Source of the DNA: Octopus bimaculoides
Taxonomy: Eukaryota
Length of the DNA stretch: 64,000 nt
Assembly (NCBI RefSeq): GCF_001194135.2
Contig: NC_069010.1
Location: 2,419,946 to 2,483,945, forward strand
Direction: 5' to 3'
Below, in pieces: positions 1-12,863 of this stretch (its first letter is position 1; every line of letters starts with the position of its first letter). The position numbers were made by a program, and so were the translations under genes. Under the pieces are notes generated by a model. It was given only the letters and a program-made list of their open reading frames with translations, had not been told where the DNA came from and did no database searches.

Positions 1-352
1 GCGATATTCGGGTGCCTACACGTAAGTACCATATTCAACTTTGAATCTATATATATATATATATATACATACACACACAACAGGCTTCCACACAGTTTCT
101 GTTTACCATATTCACTGACAAAGCATTGGTCAGCCCAGGACTATAATGGAAGACACTTGCCGAAGGTGCCATGCAGTGGGACTGAACCTGAAACCATGTG
201 GTTGCAAAGCAAGCTTCTTAGCCACACAGCCTGCATCTACATACTATTTTTCAAAAAAAAAAAAAGAAAGAAAGAAAGAAAGAAAGCATTTAAAGTACAA
301 AAATCAAATTTCAGTGAAAATTATAAAAATTGGTTATACAAATATAATTTAT

Positions 353-481
353 TTATTCATGGACTTTGGGTTTTAGTTGATTCCTAATTAACTCTTCCCT
401 TTCTCGTGCTTTCTGTTCCAGCTTTATTTGGTGGACCTTCTTTGCTTCCATCATCTCAGCAATGTAGGTAGAGACTTTGGA
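353..481 (-). CDS. MRPL52: MRPL52 last coding exon (SKVSTYIAEMMEAKKVHQIKLEQKAREREELIRNQLKPKVHE*)
   Basis: On the minus strand a strong acceptor (tctttcttctcttttcag, AG at 483-482) precedes 42 codons and TAA (355-353). Phase 0 matches the donor of exon 3462-3526. The helical C-terminus ending ..LKPK resembles the MRPL52 C-terminus (..NALKPK in human). Confidence 0.88.
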   Translation of the reverse strand, partial: SKVSTYIAEMMEAKKVHQIKLEQKAREREELIRNQLKPKVHE

Positions 482-2660
482 CTGAAAAGAGAAGAAAGAC
501 AGTTGCAGTTAAAATTATGGAAATACATACATACATACACACATATATTCTTTTATTTGTAACAGTCGTCTGACGGTAAGCCTAGTACTTCTATCAGTCT
601 CTTTTGCCAAACTACTATGTTTCAGGGACATAAACATACCGTTGGTTGTCAGGCGATGGTGGCTTCTTTCAGTTTCCATCTACCACTCACAAGGCTTTGG
701 TCGGCCCAAGACTATATTAAAAGACACTTGCCCAAGGGTCCACACACTGGGACTGAACCTGGAATCAAGTAGTTGGGAAGTAAGCTAATAACATTAATAT
801 ACCAATTTGTTCTTTTTGTATGTACCTGTCATGTGTGTCACACTTCAAAGAAGTGACAAAACGACAGAGAGGAAGTGAGAGAGTAAAAAAGACAGTGAGT
901 GGTGATAGCATTCGTTTTATGTTTTTTAAATGTTTATCTCATCGCAAGAAAAGTAGATACATACATACATTGTTAAATTAAAGATGGGAGAGAGAAAGCG
1001 AGGGACACAATAGATACACAGATCCAAAGAAAAGTTGATACATAGACAGAGCAAATATTGGATGTCACTTTCACTTTTCATTACCACACGAGGATAAAAT
1101 TAACTTGCAAGTGGCTGAGAATTTCAGACTTGCATATCATTAGCATAGTTCTCAGGGAGATTCAGCCTCACACAGAATGTGGCAAGGCTGGCCTCTTTGA
1201 ATTACAGCTACAACTCATTTTGGCCATCTGAGTGGACTGGAGCAAGATAAACCTACAAGTGGTTAGAAGAAAATGAAAAAAGATCCTATATAGGGTCAGG
1301 AAAATCTTTTTAGTCGTTAAGGTCGCCCATAGTTAATCCAGTCCTAACAGCGGCATTTGTGGGTCTCACAGATCTGGAGGCTGCTGTTATCAAACTGAGT
1401 GTGAGTCAAGGGTGAATACACAATGGAATAGCAATTATTTCATGTTAGCTTTCACTGCTTATACTAAACACAACATTTTTGCCTTGCAATATGGAACATT
1501 TCCTTTTTTTACAAAATGGCACTCAGTCAGTTACGATGACAAAGTTCCTGTTTATCTGATCAATGGAACAGTCTGCTCATAAAATTAACATGCAAGTGAG
1601 TGAGTACTCCACAGACATGCATACCATAACGTAGTTTTCAGGGAAATTCAGCCTCACACAGAATGTGACAAGGCTGGTCCCCTCTGAATTACAGCTACAA
1701 CTCGTTTTTGCCAGCTGAGTGGACTGCAGCAAGGTGAAGTAGAGTACCTTGCTCAAAAACTCAGCACAATGCAGGGAATAGTACTCATGACTTTATGATC
1801 ATGGGCTGAATGCCCCTAACCACTGAGCCACGCACCTTCAATCTCTTAACTGTAGAGAAAAGGAGTGAAGTGATACAGACAGAGGAAGGAAAGCCTCAGT
1901 CATTTACAATGACAATTAACTGAAATATGATCGATCTTTTCTAGCTTCTTTACTTTTAACAATGAAGGGGAAAGTCTTTCAGGTGTTTACATTTATATTC
2001 TGGGAATTCTAGAACAATTAACTGTTAGTTCTCCTTTCTCCCACCCCTGGTACTTATTCGCCTTCTTTCATAATTCTTCATGTCTTTTAGTTGTGGGGGG
2101 AGACCATGTTGTGGGGTATGCATGGGTGATTGCTGGTCTTCCATAAACAACTTTGCCCAGACTTGTGCCTCTGACAGGAACTTTCTAGGTGCAATTCTAT
2201 GGCCAATCATGACCAAAAGGGGATTTTACTTTTCATATATATGTGTGTGTGTGTGTGGAGAGAGAGAGAGAAATATAGATAGGAAAGTAAAAACATACAC
2301 ATGCACACACACATATATATATATATATATATACTTGTGTGTTTGTTCCCACTGCCATTGCTTGACAGCCGATGCTGGTGTGTTTATGTCCCTGTAAATT
2401 AGTGGTTCAGCAAAAGAGACCAATAGAATAAGTCCTGGGGTCGATTTCTTTGACCAAAACCTTTTAAGGTGGTGCTCCAGCATGGCCACAGTCAAATGAG
2501 TGAAATAAGTAAAAGAATAAAAGAATATACACGTGCACACACACATTTACAATATGGGGCAGAATGTTACACTAAGCTTATCAGAATGTCATATGACTGT
2601 CAGGACAGAGCAAAGAATAAACAATAAGGAGTAGCATATTAAATAATGTAGACTTAGATC

Positions 2661-3285
2661 TGAATAAATGACAGGATGGGTACAGATTATGGAACCTGAG
2701 TTCCATCAGCTGCTTTGGCTTCGCTTCTGAGGCTAGATGTCCTTCCTAATGCCAACCACTACACAGAGTGTACTGGGTGCTTTTCTGAATAAATGACAGG
2801 ATGGGTACAGATTATGGAACCTGAGTTTCATCAGCTGCTTTGGCTTCGCGTCTAAGGCTAGATGTCCTTCCTAATGCCAACCACTACACAGAGTGTACTG
2901 GGTGCTTTTCTGAATAAATGACAGGATGGGTACAGATTATGGAACCTGGGTTCCATCAGCTGCTTTGGCTTCGCTTCTAAGGCTAGATGTCCTTCCTAAT
3001 GCCAACCACTACACGGAGTGTACTGGGTGCTTTTCTGAATAAATGACAGGATGGGTACAGATTATGGAACCTGGGTTCCATCAGCTGATTTGGCTTCGCT
3101 TCTAAAGCTAGATGCCCTTCCTAACGCCAACCACTACACGGAGTGTACTGGGTGCTTTTCTGAATAAATGACAGGATGGGTATAGATTATGGAACCTGGG
3201 TTCCATCAGCTGCTTTGGCTTCGCTTCTAAGGCTAGATGTCCTTACCAATGCCAACCACTACACGGAGTGTACTGGGTGCTTTTG
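2661..3285. repeat. Tandem array of 5 x 125 bp, largely derived from an RTE-tail SINE fragment
   Basis: TGAATAAATGACAGG recurs at 2661, 2786, 2911, 3036 and 3161. Units are near-identical and contain cttcctaatgccaaccact...gggtgctttt from the dispersed SINE. Confidence 0.95.
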
Positions 3286-3461
3286 AACTCAGAACGTAGC
3301 GGCAGACGAAATACTGCTAAGTATTTCGCTCGGCGTGCTAATGTTTCTGCCAGCTCGCTGCCTTTGTGCTAATGTTTCTGCTAATGCTCTGCTGTGCCAA
3401 CGTTTCTGCCAGCTCGCTGCCTTTACACCAACATATATTGTAGAATAAAATGCAATCTCAC

Positions 3462-3526
3462 AGCCAATTCAATTCTCTTTGTCCGTCGTTGTCCCTGGCG
3501 TATGCTCAGTTCAGATGGCCGGCCGT
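3462..3526 (-). CDS. MRPL52: MRPL52 internal exon ((D)GRPSELSIRQGQRRTKRIELA)
   Basis: Acceptor ttccttcacag and donor GCT|gtgaga; 65 nt, phase 1 to 0. The DGRP...Q.RR motif matches the MRPL52 family (human [22 protein letters not shown]). Confidence 0.92.
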
Positions 3527-4109
3527 CTGTGAAGGAATACATTAATACATTAGACATATGTTCATAGTTCCAAATGGAGGAATAATAATAACTAGCAGTC
3601 CATGTGGAAATTCCACAGTATAAATCAACATATTTGAAAAACATTGTTACTATATATAACACAAGCAAGGAGTTTCAAAAATTTTTTTTAATATCTTGCC
3701 ATTTAACAAAGTGTTGCTTATTTACCTTCTTATAATACATTTGACAGATGCGATGTCCTTTAGAGTTTAAGGAAATAAAAGATGAATTAAAAAATAAGAC
3801 TTATGCATATATATTGATTAAATGTTTATTTACAATTTTGTTAAATGCTTGTCCCTGTGCCTCATTTATTGTCAGAGAATAGGATAGCCTTATAGGAAAC
3901 TAAACTCATTTTGAAATGAAATGAAGATTGGAGTATTTTGAAGCCAGCTTCATGTGAGGTATTAGGAAGCACATTCCATCTTCTGTAACAGTTATGAAAG
4001 TGGTTCAGTCCCACAGCATGGCACCTTGAACAAGTATATTTTACTATAGCCCCAGGCCAATCAGAACCTTGGGAGTGGATTTGGTAGACAGATAATTAAA
4101 GAAGCCCAT

Positions 4110-4152
<43 letters not shown>

Positions 4153-4490
4153 GTGTGTGTGTGTGTATGTCTTTGTGTCCATATTTGTCCCCCACCACTG
4201 CTTGACAACTGATGTTGGTGTGATTACATCTCCATAACTTAGAGGTTCAGTAAAAGAGACCAGTAAAATAAGTACCAAGTTTTTAAATAAGTCCTGGGTC
4301 AATTCCTTTGACTAAAAAAAAAATCTCTTCAAGGCAGTGCCCCAACATGGGCACAGTCAAATGACTGAAACAAGTAAAAGAATCAAAGATACACGACAAA
4401 GTGCAAATGTATTGAGAGAAAATTTAGTCATAAGAATAATTAAATCAAATACACAACAGATAAAGCTTTGGGATATCAACAACAACTTAC

Positions 4491-4558
4491 CTAAATATGT
4501 ATAGTCTGGGAGATCAACAAGTGGGCCATAACTGGAGTTGTTGATGGCTTCTCCTTTG
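4491..4558 (-). CDS. MRPL52: MRPL52 internal exon ((S)KGEAINNSSYGPLVDLPDYTYL(D))
   Basis: Acceptor ctaacttacag and donor TAG|gtaagt; 68 nt, phase 2 to 1. YGPLVDLPDY matches the conserved MRPL52 core YGPLTELPDW. Confidence 0.93.
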
Positions 4559-5884
4559 CTGTAAGTTAGATGTGATTTTTAATTAAAGTCAGTGATAAAT
4601 TATAAAGGAAGGTCTGCTAGGATGTGAGAAGTCCCTTATACACACACACATCAGTATTCTACACTCATAATATTTTTTGACTATCTGGATAGTAACTCAT
4701 ATGTATGTTGTATATATGCATGTGTGTATGTGTATAAGTGGGGGTATTGAAAAGTTCCTGGTTTTAAGAGTATAGTGAAAGGCCTGGTTGAAGGCCCAGC
4801 CTTCTCAGCATTGAGCCTCACAGAGGCAAAGTGGATTGAGCTCCTTTCAAGTGTTGGGCCTCACAAAGGCAATGACCAAGATCTTTGACATTATGTCATG
4901 CTTGAGAAGAAGCCCCATCCAGCCAAGCAAAATCGCAGTTGTGGTAGATACTGGAGTCACACAAATGGCACCAGTGCCGGTGGCATGTAAAAACACCCAT
5001 TACACTCTCAGCATTAGGAAAGGCATCCAGCCATGGAAACCATGCCAAATCAGACTAGAGTCTGGTGCAGCCCTCCAGCTTGCCAGCCTTGGTCAAACCG
5101 TCCAACCCATACCAGCATGGACAACAGACGTTAAATGATGATGATGATGTGGCTGAGTAATCCACAGACAAATGTACCTTTAACATAAATCCTAAGTTGA
5201 ATCAATGTAACACACAATGTGTCAAGGCTGCATCCTTTGAATTACATATGCAATTCATTTGATGGGCTTCGATATAGTTTTCATCTACCTAATTTTAATT
5301 CATAAGGAGTTGGTCAAATCAAGGCTATTCAAAGATGTCAAGCTAAATACTGGATTCAAATTTTGGAACAAGACCAGCAGTTTTGGGGGAGGGGCCAAGT
5401 TGATTAAATTGACCCCAATGCTCAACTGGCACTTATTGTCCGGACCCTAAAAGGATGAAGAGCAAAGCAGACCTCAGTGGAATTTGAACTCAGAATGTGA
5501 AGATGGGTAAAATGCGACTAAGCATTTTGCCTGGCATGCTAACCATTCTGCCAGCTTGCTACCTTAGTCAAGCTAAATATTGGAGACAGAAAGCAAGAGA
5601 CAGACAGGCAGAGTGAATGAGCCAGAGAGAGAGAGGGGGGTGTCATAAGTATATGAAATCATGAATGGGACTAAATGAGAGAGAGGAAGAGTAAGAAAGC
5701 CAGACAGAGTGGAAATGAGAGAGAGAGAGAGAGAGAGAGAAAGAAAAAGAGAGAATGAGTATCAGAGGGACTGAATGAGAATGAACAAGAGAGAGAGAGT
5801 AAGAAAGAGAAAGTGGAAGTAAGCAACAGAGAGAGAGAGCAAAGCAAAAAAATGGGGGTGAGTTATGAAGTTTGAAATACTTAC

Positions 5885-5984
5885 GAAAATCTGTGTTTAG
5901 AACCAACATAAGCAGCAGAGGTTGTTGTTATATGTCGAGAGGTCCCCAGTGGAATATTTACAGCTGTCAGACACAGCCTTAATT
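5885..5984 (-). CDS. MRPL52: MRPL52 exon 2 (LRLCLTAVNIPLGTSRHITTTSAAYVGSKHRF), mitochondrial presequence region
   Basis: Acceptor ttttttttttag and donor TTC|gtaagt; 100 nt, phase 1 to 2, in frame with the next exon. R/S/T-rich with no acidic residues, like a mitochondrial targeting peptide. AAYVGSKHRF parallels human AAWAGGQWRL. Confidence 0.85.
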
Positions 5985-7806
5985 CTAAAAAAAAAACAAA
6001 AAAACATACATATATATATATATACACACAAGTGAGTGAACAAATGAAAGAAGGGCAGTCAATACATTTATTGGGCGTTACATGCATGGATCAAAATAGT
6101 TTGATCCACATATATATATGTGTGTGTGTATATATATTCGGAGTAATATTGTTAATATTAACCATTTTAAACTTTGATTTTTTTTTTTTTTAATCGAAAA
6201 AGAATGAAAATTTTAGGATTTAACCCATAAAGTGCTGGGATCTGCACTTACATAGCATGGAGTGCTGAGCACATTTTATGAAAATGAGACTACCATGCAC
6301 ACATAAAATACAAAAATAGTTAAAATATCTTCTTAGTATATAATGGTGAAAAGTCATTAGTTGAACTATTAGTCTTCTGGCATTCTGGGGGGGGGGAGGG
6401 ATCGGAGCGTTTGAGTGACATTAGACCCCAACGAACCCCCATAAATTAAATGCATCTATGGGCCAGGATCGTGGCAGTCAAGCACAGGTCGACAGGCCAC
6501 GATGGTGGCCCGTTGTGCTTAAGGATGATGACTTTTTTTTCCTTTTGTATAATCGTATAAATCCCCCAATGTAGAATACGAATTCGAAAAAATTTTCTGA
6601 AAATTCTAAAAAATGCAAAACGTTGAGGAGTTATAAGGGGTGCTTAAACCGAATTCTGCCTAATTCCTCAAAACAATGGCTTCTAATTTTGGCATAATCC
6701 CAATAATTTTAAAAAGAGGGGAATTTAGTCGATAAATTTGATCTCATNNNNNNNNNNNNNNNNNNNNNNNNNNNNNNNNNNNNNNNNNNNNNNNNNNNNN
6801 NNNNNNNNNNNNNNNNNNNNNNNNNNNNNNNNNNNNNNNNNNNNNNNNNNNNNNNNNNNNNNNNNNNNNNNNNNNNNNNNNNNNNNNNNNNNNNNNNNNN
6901 NNNNNNNNNNNNNNNNNNNNNNNNNNNNNNNNNNNNNNNNNNNNNNNNNNNNNNNNNNNNNNNNNNNNNNNNNNNNNNNNNNNNNNNNNNNNNNNNNNNN
7001 NNNNNNNNNNNNNNNNNNNNNNNNNNNNNNNNNNNNNNNNNNNNNNNNNNNNNNNNNNNNNNNNNNNNNNNNNNNNNNNNNNNNNNNNNNNNNNNNNNNN
7101 NNNNNNNNNNNNNNNNNNNNNNNNNNNNNNNNNNNNNNNNNNNNNNNNNNNNNNNNNNNNNNNNNNNNNNNNNNNNNNNNNNNNNNNNNNNNNNNNNNNN
7201 NNNNNNNNNNNNNNNNNNNNNNNNNNNNNNNNNNNNNNNNNNNNNNNNNNNNNNNNNNNNNNNNNNNNNNNNNNNNNNNNNNNNNNNNNNNNNNNNNNNN
7301 NNNNNNNNNNNNNNNNNNNNNNNNNNNNNNNNNNNNNNNNNNNNNNNNNNNNNNNNNNNNNNNNNNNNNNNNNNNNNNNNNNNNNNNNNNNNNNNNNNNN
7401 NNNNNNNNNNNNNNNNNNNNNNNNNNNNNNNNNNNNNNNNNNNNNNNNNNNNNNNNNNNNNNNNNNNNNNNNNNNNNNNNNNNNNNNNNNNNNNNNNNNN
7501 NNNNNNNNNNNNNNNNNNNNNNNNNNNNNNNNNNNNNNNNNNNNNNNNNNNNNNNNNNNNNNNNNNNNNNNNNNNNNNNNNNNNNNNNGTAACCTTTTGC
7601 TAGCTGGAGTGTCACATCTGGCGCACGCTACGACTAAAGATCATAACAGTATTTGGATCTTTTCTATTTGGCTCCACCTGTGGAAATTTTAAAGTTTAGT
7701 GAAAATGGGGGCCTTGATTTGGGGTTCCAGGAGTATGAAACCAATTCTTAGCAACTATAATGGAAGGAAGGTTTTTATGATACTTTTGGGGTATCTTCTG
7801 CTTCCA

Positions 7807-8242
7807 TTATAACTATTCTATTGATTCAAGGAGCTGGAAATACAAAGAATGAAGTTCTCAGGCAGAGTAAATTCAATAACCGTTTATTCACAGGTGCTTC
7901 ATACAAGGGGTTTACTTTCAGTAACCATCTTCACAGCAGTGCGTAGTTAGCCTTCTCTCCCATACATGTGAGGTTCAATAACCTCTGGGGACAATGCATG
8001 TGGTATCACAGCAGAACAAAAGTCCACTGTGAACTCCTGGCTTCAAATGAGAGGGAAAATGTCTTTTCCTTAAATAATGGTTGCAGGCTAGATCTCGTTT
8101 TTGTCTCACGTATGGCAATGGTTGCAGGCGAGATCTTGCTGTTTCAAAATGGCGCTGGCTTCTTTGTGCCTCACTACATAACTATTCTCAGGTTTAGTAG
8201 CCCCTGTCAGGGTCTCACCTATGGGCTAGAAAGCATGTAACA
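7807..8242 (-). mobile_element. Possible LTR (~436 bp) followed by a PBS-like TGGAAGCAGAAGAT
   Basis: On the minus strand it starts TGTTACA, contains an internal 41-bp-spaced direct repeat and an AATAAA near the end, then TGG...; the 3' terminus (GTTATAA) is non-canonical. Confidence 0.3.
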
Positions 8243-10293
8243 ACCCAGGCCAGGGTACATTGAAATTATGGGATGCAGCATGGTTGATATGAATTATTTC
8301 GGCAAAAGAATCTTATTGAGTCTATGGCGAATATCACCAGATGTTGAGCAGATGAACAGACAACAGTCAACGGCCAAGATCAAGCAGTTCAGTTAGCAAA
8401 CAACTGCAGTTTAAAGTCATCCATCCAGGACAATATTTACTCTCTCTCTCCCTCAAGAGTCTTCTATATCTGGTACTAAAGAGGGCTAAAAAAGGCTTAA
8501 AATGTATCTACCAGTCCATAGTGATTCTCAAATGACTTTGGTGTCTTCAAACTTGAGGTCACAAAATGGTGACTGTAAAATATGATTTTTTTTATAAAGT
8601 GCTTTTGATCTATTATAATTTGTTAAGTAATAAACTAAACTATAAGAAACAAATGTTAGACCAGTTCAAATATGTTTGGGATATTCTTGACCAGTAAGGT
8701 ATGGGTGCATTAATGCAGCACCAGTATAGGTGTTTTTATGTGGCACCAGTACATGTGCTTTTTACATGGCACCAGCACCCACAAGCCCATGAGAGTAGGA
8801 GCACTCAGCTGGAGAGGGATGCAGGAGACATGCCTGTATGCATGGACGACCACAATTTTACTTAGCTTGATGTGTGTTCTCAAGCACAGCAAACTGCCAG
8901 GAGTCTCGGTGCCCTGTCATCCCCTCTGTGAGGCCCAATATCTGAAGATCCTTTCGCACCACTTTATCCCACATATTCCCTCCATAATTAGAAATCAGCA
9001 TCTCTTGATGCAATTGTCTTCATTCATATGTGTTACATGGCTGTACCAGGGATTTGAGAGAAACTGTCCTCGTGTATTTAAATATATACACTCATGTTCA
9101 CACTCACTAAATTACCCCTCCTGTCTATCTCCCACTCCCCTATCACACTCTTATGGACTCAATGCTCACTCATCTTCAACCCTCTATACCACTCCACTTA
9201 CATTTACCTCCCTGCATCCAGAGGGGAAATCCTTACACATCTTCACTACCTCTCTCTCACCTCTCTGCCAACTGGGGTAGCTTTGTATCTTCTCTATGGC
9301 ATGACATCTATTTCTGTCCCTCCCTCTCATAGATTATTCTCTCATCTTCTGGCACAAAGCCACCATCCTCGATACTACTCCCATATCTCAGTTGAGTAGT
9401 CTTTGTCTTGCAAGTTCCTGGGTGACCTCACCCATGCTGATGCCTTGTAAAATACACCCAGGACACTCTGTAAAGTGGTTGGTGTTTAGGAAGGGCATCT
9501 AGCCATAAAAACTGTGCCAAACATACCTTGCACATGCTGGTGCCATGTAAAAAGCACCTGGTACACTCTGTAAAGTGGTTGGTGTTAAGAAGGGCATCTA
9601 GTCATAAAAACTGTGTCAAACAGACCTCACCCATGCTGGTGCTATGTAAAAAGTACCCAGTACATTCCGTAAAGTGGCTGGTGTTAGGAAGGGCACCCAG
9701 CTGTAGAAACCTTGCTAAAGCAGACAGTAGAGTTTGGCGCAGTTCTCTGACTCACCAGCTCCTAGCAAACTATTCAACGCATACTAGCATGAAAAACAGA
9801 TGTTAAATGATGATGATGATGAGCATCCACAGTGTTTCTAACAACCAAATCCACTCACAAATCATCCAAACCATGTGAACATGCAAAATAAATTTTAAAT
9901 GTTGATGAGAGGATGATGACATTGATGATGATGATGGTGGCTGTGTGCAGTTAAGAAACTCACTTTGCTATCATGTGGTTTTTATTTCAGTTCCACAGTG
10001 CAGTCCCTGGTTCTGGTAGTGATTCAGCTGAAACTTCTGAATATAAAAGTATCATATATATATATATATAGATTGGTAAGTGCCAACACATGAAATTTCT
10101 GAACCTTGAGTTACTCTGTTAAGAAACAAGGCATAATTGTGGCTGGGTGGTAAGAGGTTTGCTTCTCAACCACATGGTTCTATCTTCAGTCCCACTACAT
10201 GACACCTTCAGCTAGTTTCTTCTACTATAGCCTCAGGCTGATTAAAGCCTTGGGAGTGGATTTGGTAGATAGAAACTGAAAGAAGCCTGTCAT

Positions 10294-10294
<1 letters not shown>

Positions 10295-10378
<84 letters not shown>
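10295..10378. repeat. (TATC)n microsatellite; other long STRs include (TA)n ~11565-11628, 15373-15422, 46121-46172 and (CA)n 59309-59374
   Basis: Directly visible. Confidence 0.95.
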
Positions 10379-10379
<1 letters not shown>

Positions 10380-11562
10380 GTCTGTCTGTCTATGCATGTA
10401 TGTATGTATGTATGTATCCATTTATATATGTGTGTGTGTGTGTAAGTATGTATCTATGTGTGTGTCATTGTGCTTGTGTCTGTTCCTGCCATCACTGCTT
10501 GACAACTGGTGTTGGTGTGTCTTATGCCTCCATAATTTAGTGGTTCAGCGAAAAAAAAAAAAAAAACTGATAGAATAAGTACAGGGCTTTAAAAAATGTT
10601 TTTGGGTTGATTTGTTTGACTAAAGACCCTTCAAGGTGGTGTTCCAGCATGGCCACAGTCAAATGACTGAAGCGAGTAAAAGAATAAAAGAAAATATATA
10701 TACCACCATCATCATCATCATCGTTTAACATCCGCCTTCCATGCTGGCATGGGTTGGATGGTTTAACAGGAACCGGCAAGGGAGAAGACTACATCAGGCT
10801 ACTGTGTCTACTTTGACATGGTTTTTATGGCTGGATTCCTTTCCTAACACCAACCATTCTGCAGAGTGGACTGAGTGCTTTTTACATGGTACCAGCTTAG
10901 TCAAGGTCAGTTTTGGCATGGTTTTTTTACAGCTGGATGCTCTTCCAAATGCCAACCACTTCACAGTGTAGACTGGATGCTTTTTATGTGGCACCAGCAT
11001 TAACACACACATATATCTATACGCACACACACTCTAGCTGTAATGAATACACTAATATCCTCTCCTCCTCCTCATTTAATGTCTGTTGTCCATGCTGGCA
11101 TGGGTTGGATGGTTTCACCAGGGCTGACAAGCTGGAAGGCTATACCAGACTCCAGTCTGATTTGGCTTGGTTTCTATGGCTGGATGCCCTTCCTAATGCC
11201 AACCACTCCGAGAGTGTAATGGGTACCTTTACATGTCACTGGCATGGGTGCCATTTGTGTGAAACCAGTATCTGTCATAACTGCAATTTTACTTGGCTTG
11301 ATGGGTCTTCTTCTCAAGCACAACATAATGCTAAAGGTCTCGCTCATTTGTCATTGCCTATGTGAAGCTGAACACTTGAAAGGAGCTTTTCATGTGCCAC
11401 CGACACTGGCCTCTTTGTCTATGTGAGGTCGAACACTTGAAAGGTGCTTTTATCAGCCACTTTGCCTCCGTGAGGCCCAACGCTTGAAAGGTGCTTTTTC
11501 TGTGCCAGTGGCATGGGTGACAGTTATGTAACACCAGCATCAGCTGCAACTACAATTTCACT

Positions 11563-11632
<70 letters not shown>

Positions 11633-11808
11633 TATCAAAACAGAAGACTGCATTATTTATTCTCTTTAGGAAGGGCATCCAGCTGTAGAAACTCTGCCAA
11701 ATTGGATTGGAGCCTGGTGTAGCCATCCGGTTGCACCAGTCCTCAGTCAAATCGTCCAACCCATGCTAGCATGGAAAGCGGACGTTAAACGATGATGATG
11801 ATGACATA

Positions 11809-11946
11809 TGTTTCACTGCTTAATAGAAGTTACATAGATATACATGTTGAAAATCATGTAAGACATCTTGAAGAATTACTAATTGGCAATGTCTTACATG
11901 GTTTTCTACATATATATCTATGTAATTTCTATTAAGCAGTGAAACA
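11809..11946. mobile_element. Foldback/MITE-like inverted repeat, 58-bp arms and 22-bp spacer
   Basis: 11809-11866 and 11889-11946 are reverse complements with ~4 mismatches. Confidence 0.75.
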
Positions 11947-12863
11947 AATGTAATGGGGAATAAATAATCTTTTCTACTCTAGGCACAAGGACTGAAATTT
12001 GGGAGAAGGGAAAAGTTGATTACATCAATCCCAGTGTGTAACTGATACTTATTTTATTAACCCTGAAAGGATGAAAGGCAAAGTCGACCTTGGTGAAATT
12101 TGAACTCAGAATGTAGCGACAAATGAAATACCGCTAAGTATTTCACTCGGTGTGCTAATGATTCTGCCACCTGAATGATAATAATATCAGATTTTCCTGT
12201 TTTCTATTTTGATATGTAATTACTCTGCAAAATGTATTCTCTAGCATTTTCTAGTATTTTTAACACTCATATAAAATATAACATTTACAAATATACTGGA
12301 ATATGCAGTTATGCCTGATGAGGACACAGCTTGGATTATAACCCAATCTACATATTTATATCTGTGTGTGTGTGTAGGTTCCTCTTCTCCACCTGACAAG
12401 CTGGTGTCCCAGTATGGCTGCAGTCTAAAGACTGAAATAATAAGAGGTAAGAAAAAAAAAAGATACATCTGTGAACACACACACAATGTAAAGTTACTAA
12501 CACACACACACTTTAGCCACAGCAACACACCAGTGTTGCAAAGACAGGCACATACACACTAGTTACAAAGACAAACAAGTACATACATATACATACTAAG
12601 GTCACCAACACACATATACTGATAGAAACACACACATACACATACTAAAAGCACAATCATACATTTGCATACACACTAACATTCCAAACTTAATGCATAC
12701 ACATGCATACATTTATACATACATTTACTAGTCATAAATGCACACGCACATGTACTTGAATACATGCAGAGAAATAGTCAACAAATTCACCCTTTCCTAC
12801 ATATTACAATTACAAACACATGACACTAAACTCTCACACACACATAAATACACTTTTTGATGT

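Noticed and set aside
2661-3285. Regular array as a possible CRISPR
   Set aside because: Whole 125-bp units are near-identical with no unique spacers, the context is a eukaryotic intron, and there are no cas genes.
3423-3668. 81-aa ORF as a standalone gene
   Set aside because: Only 3462-3526 is an MRPL52 exon; the rest is intron read-through.
6725-7615. Long ORFs containing X runs (also 12.8-13.3, 19.0-19.4, 26.5-27.3, 40.8-41.1, 59.0-59.9 and 62.8-63.3 kb)
   Set aside because: Artefacts of translating N gaps.
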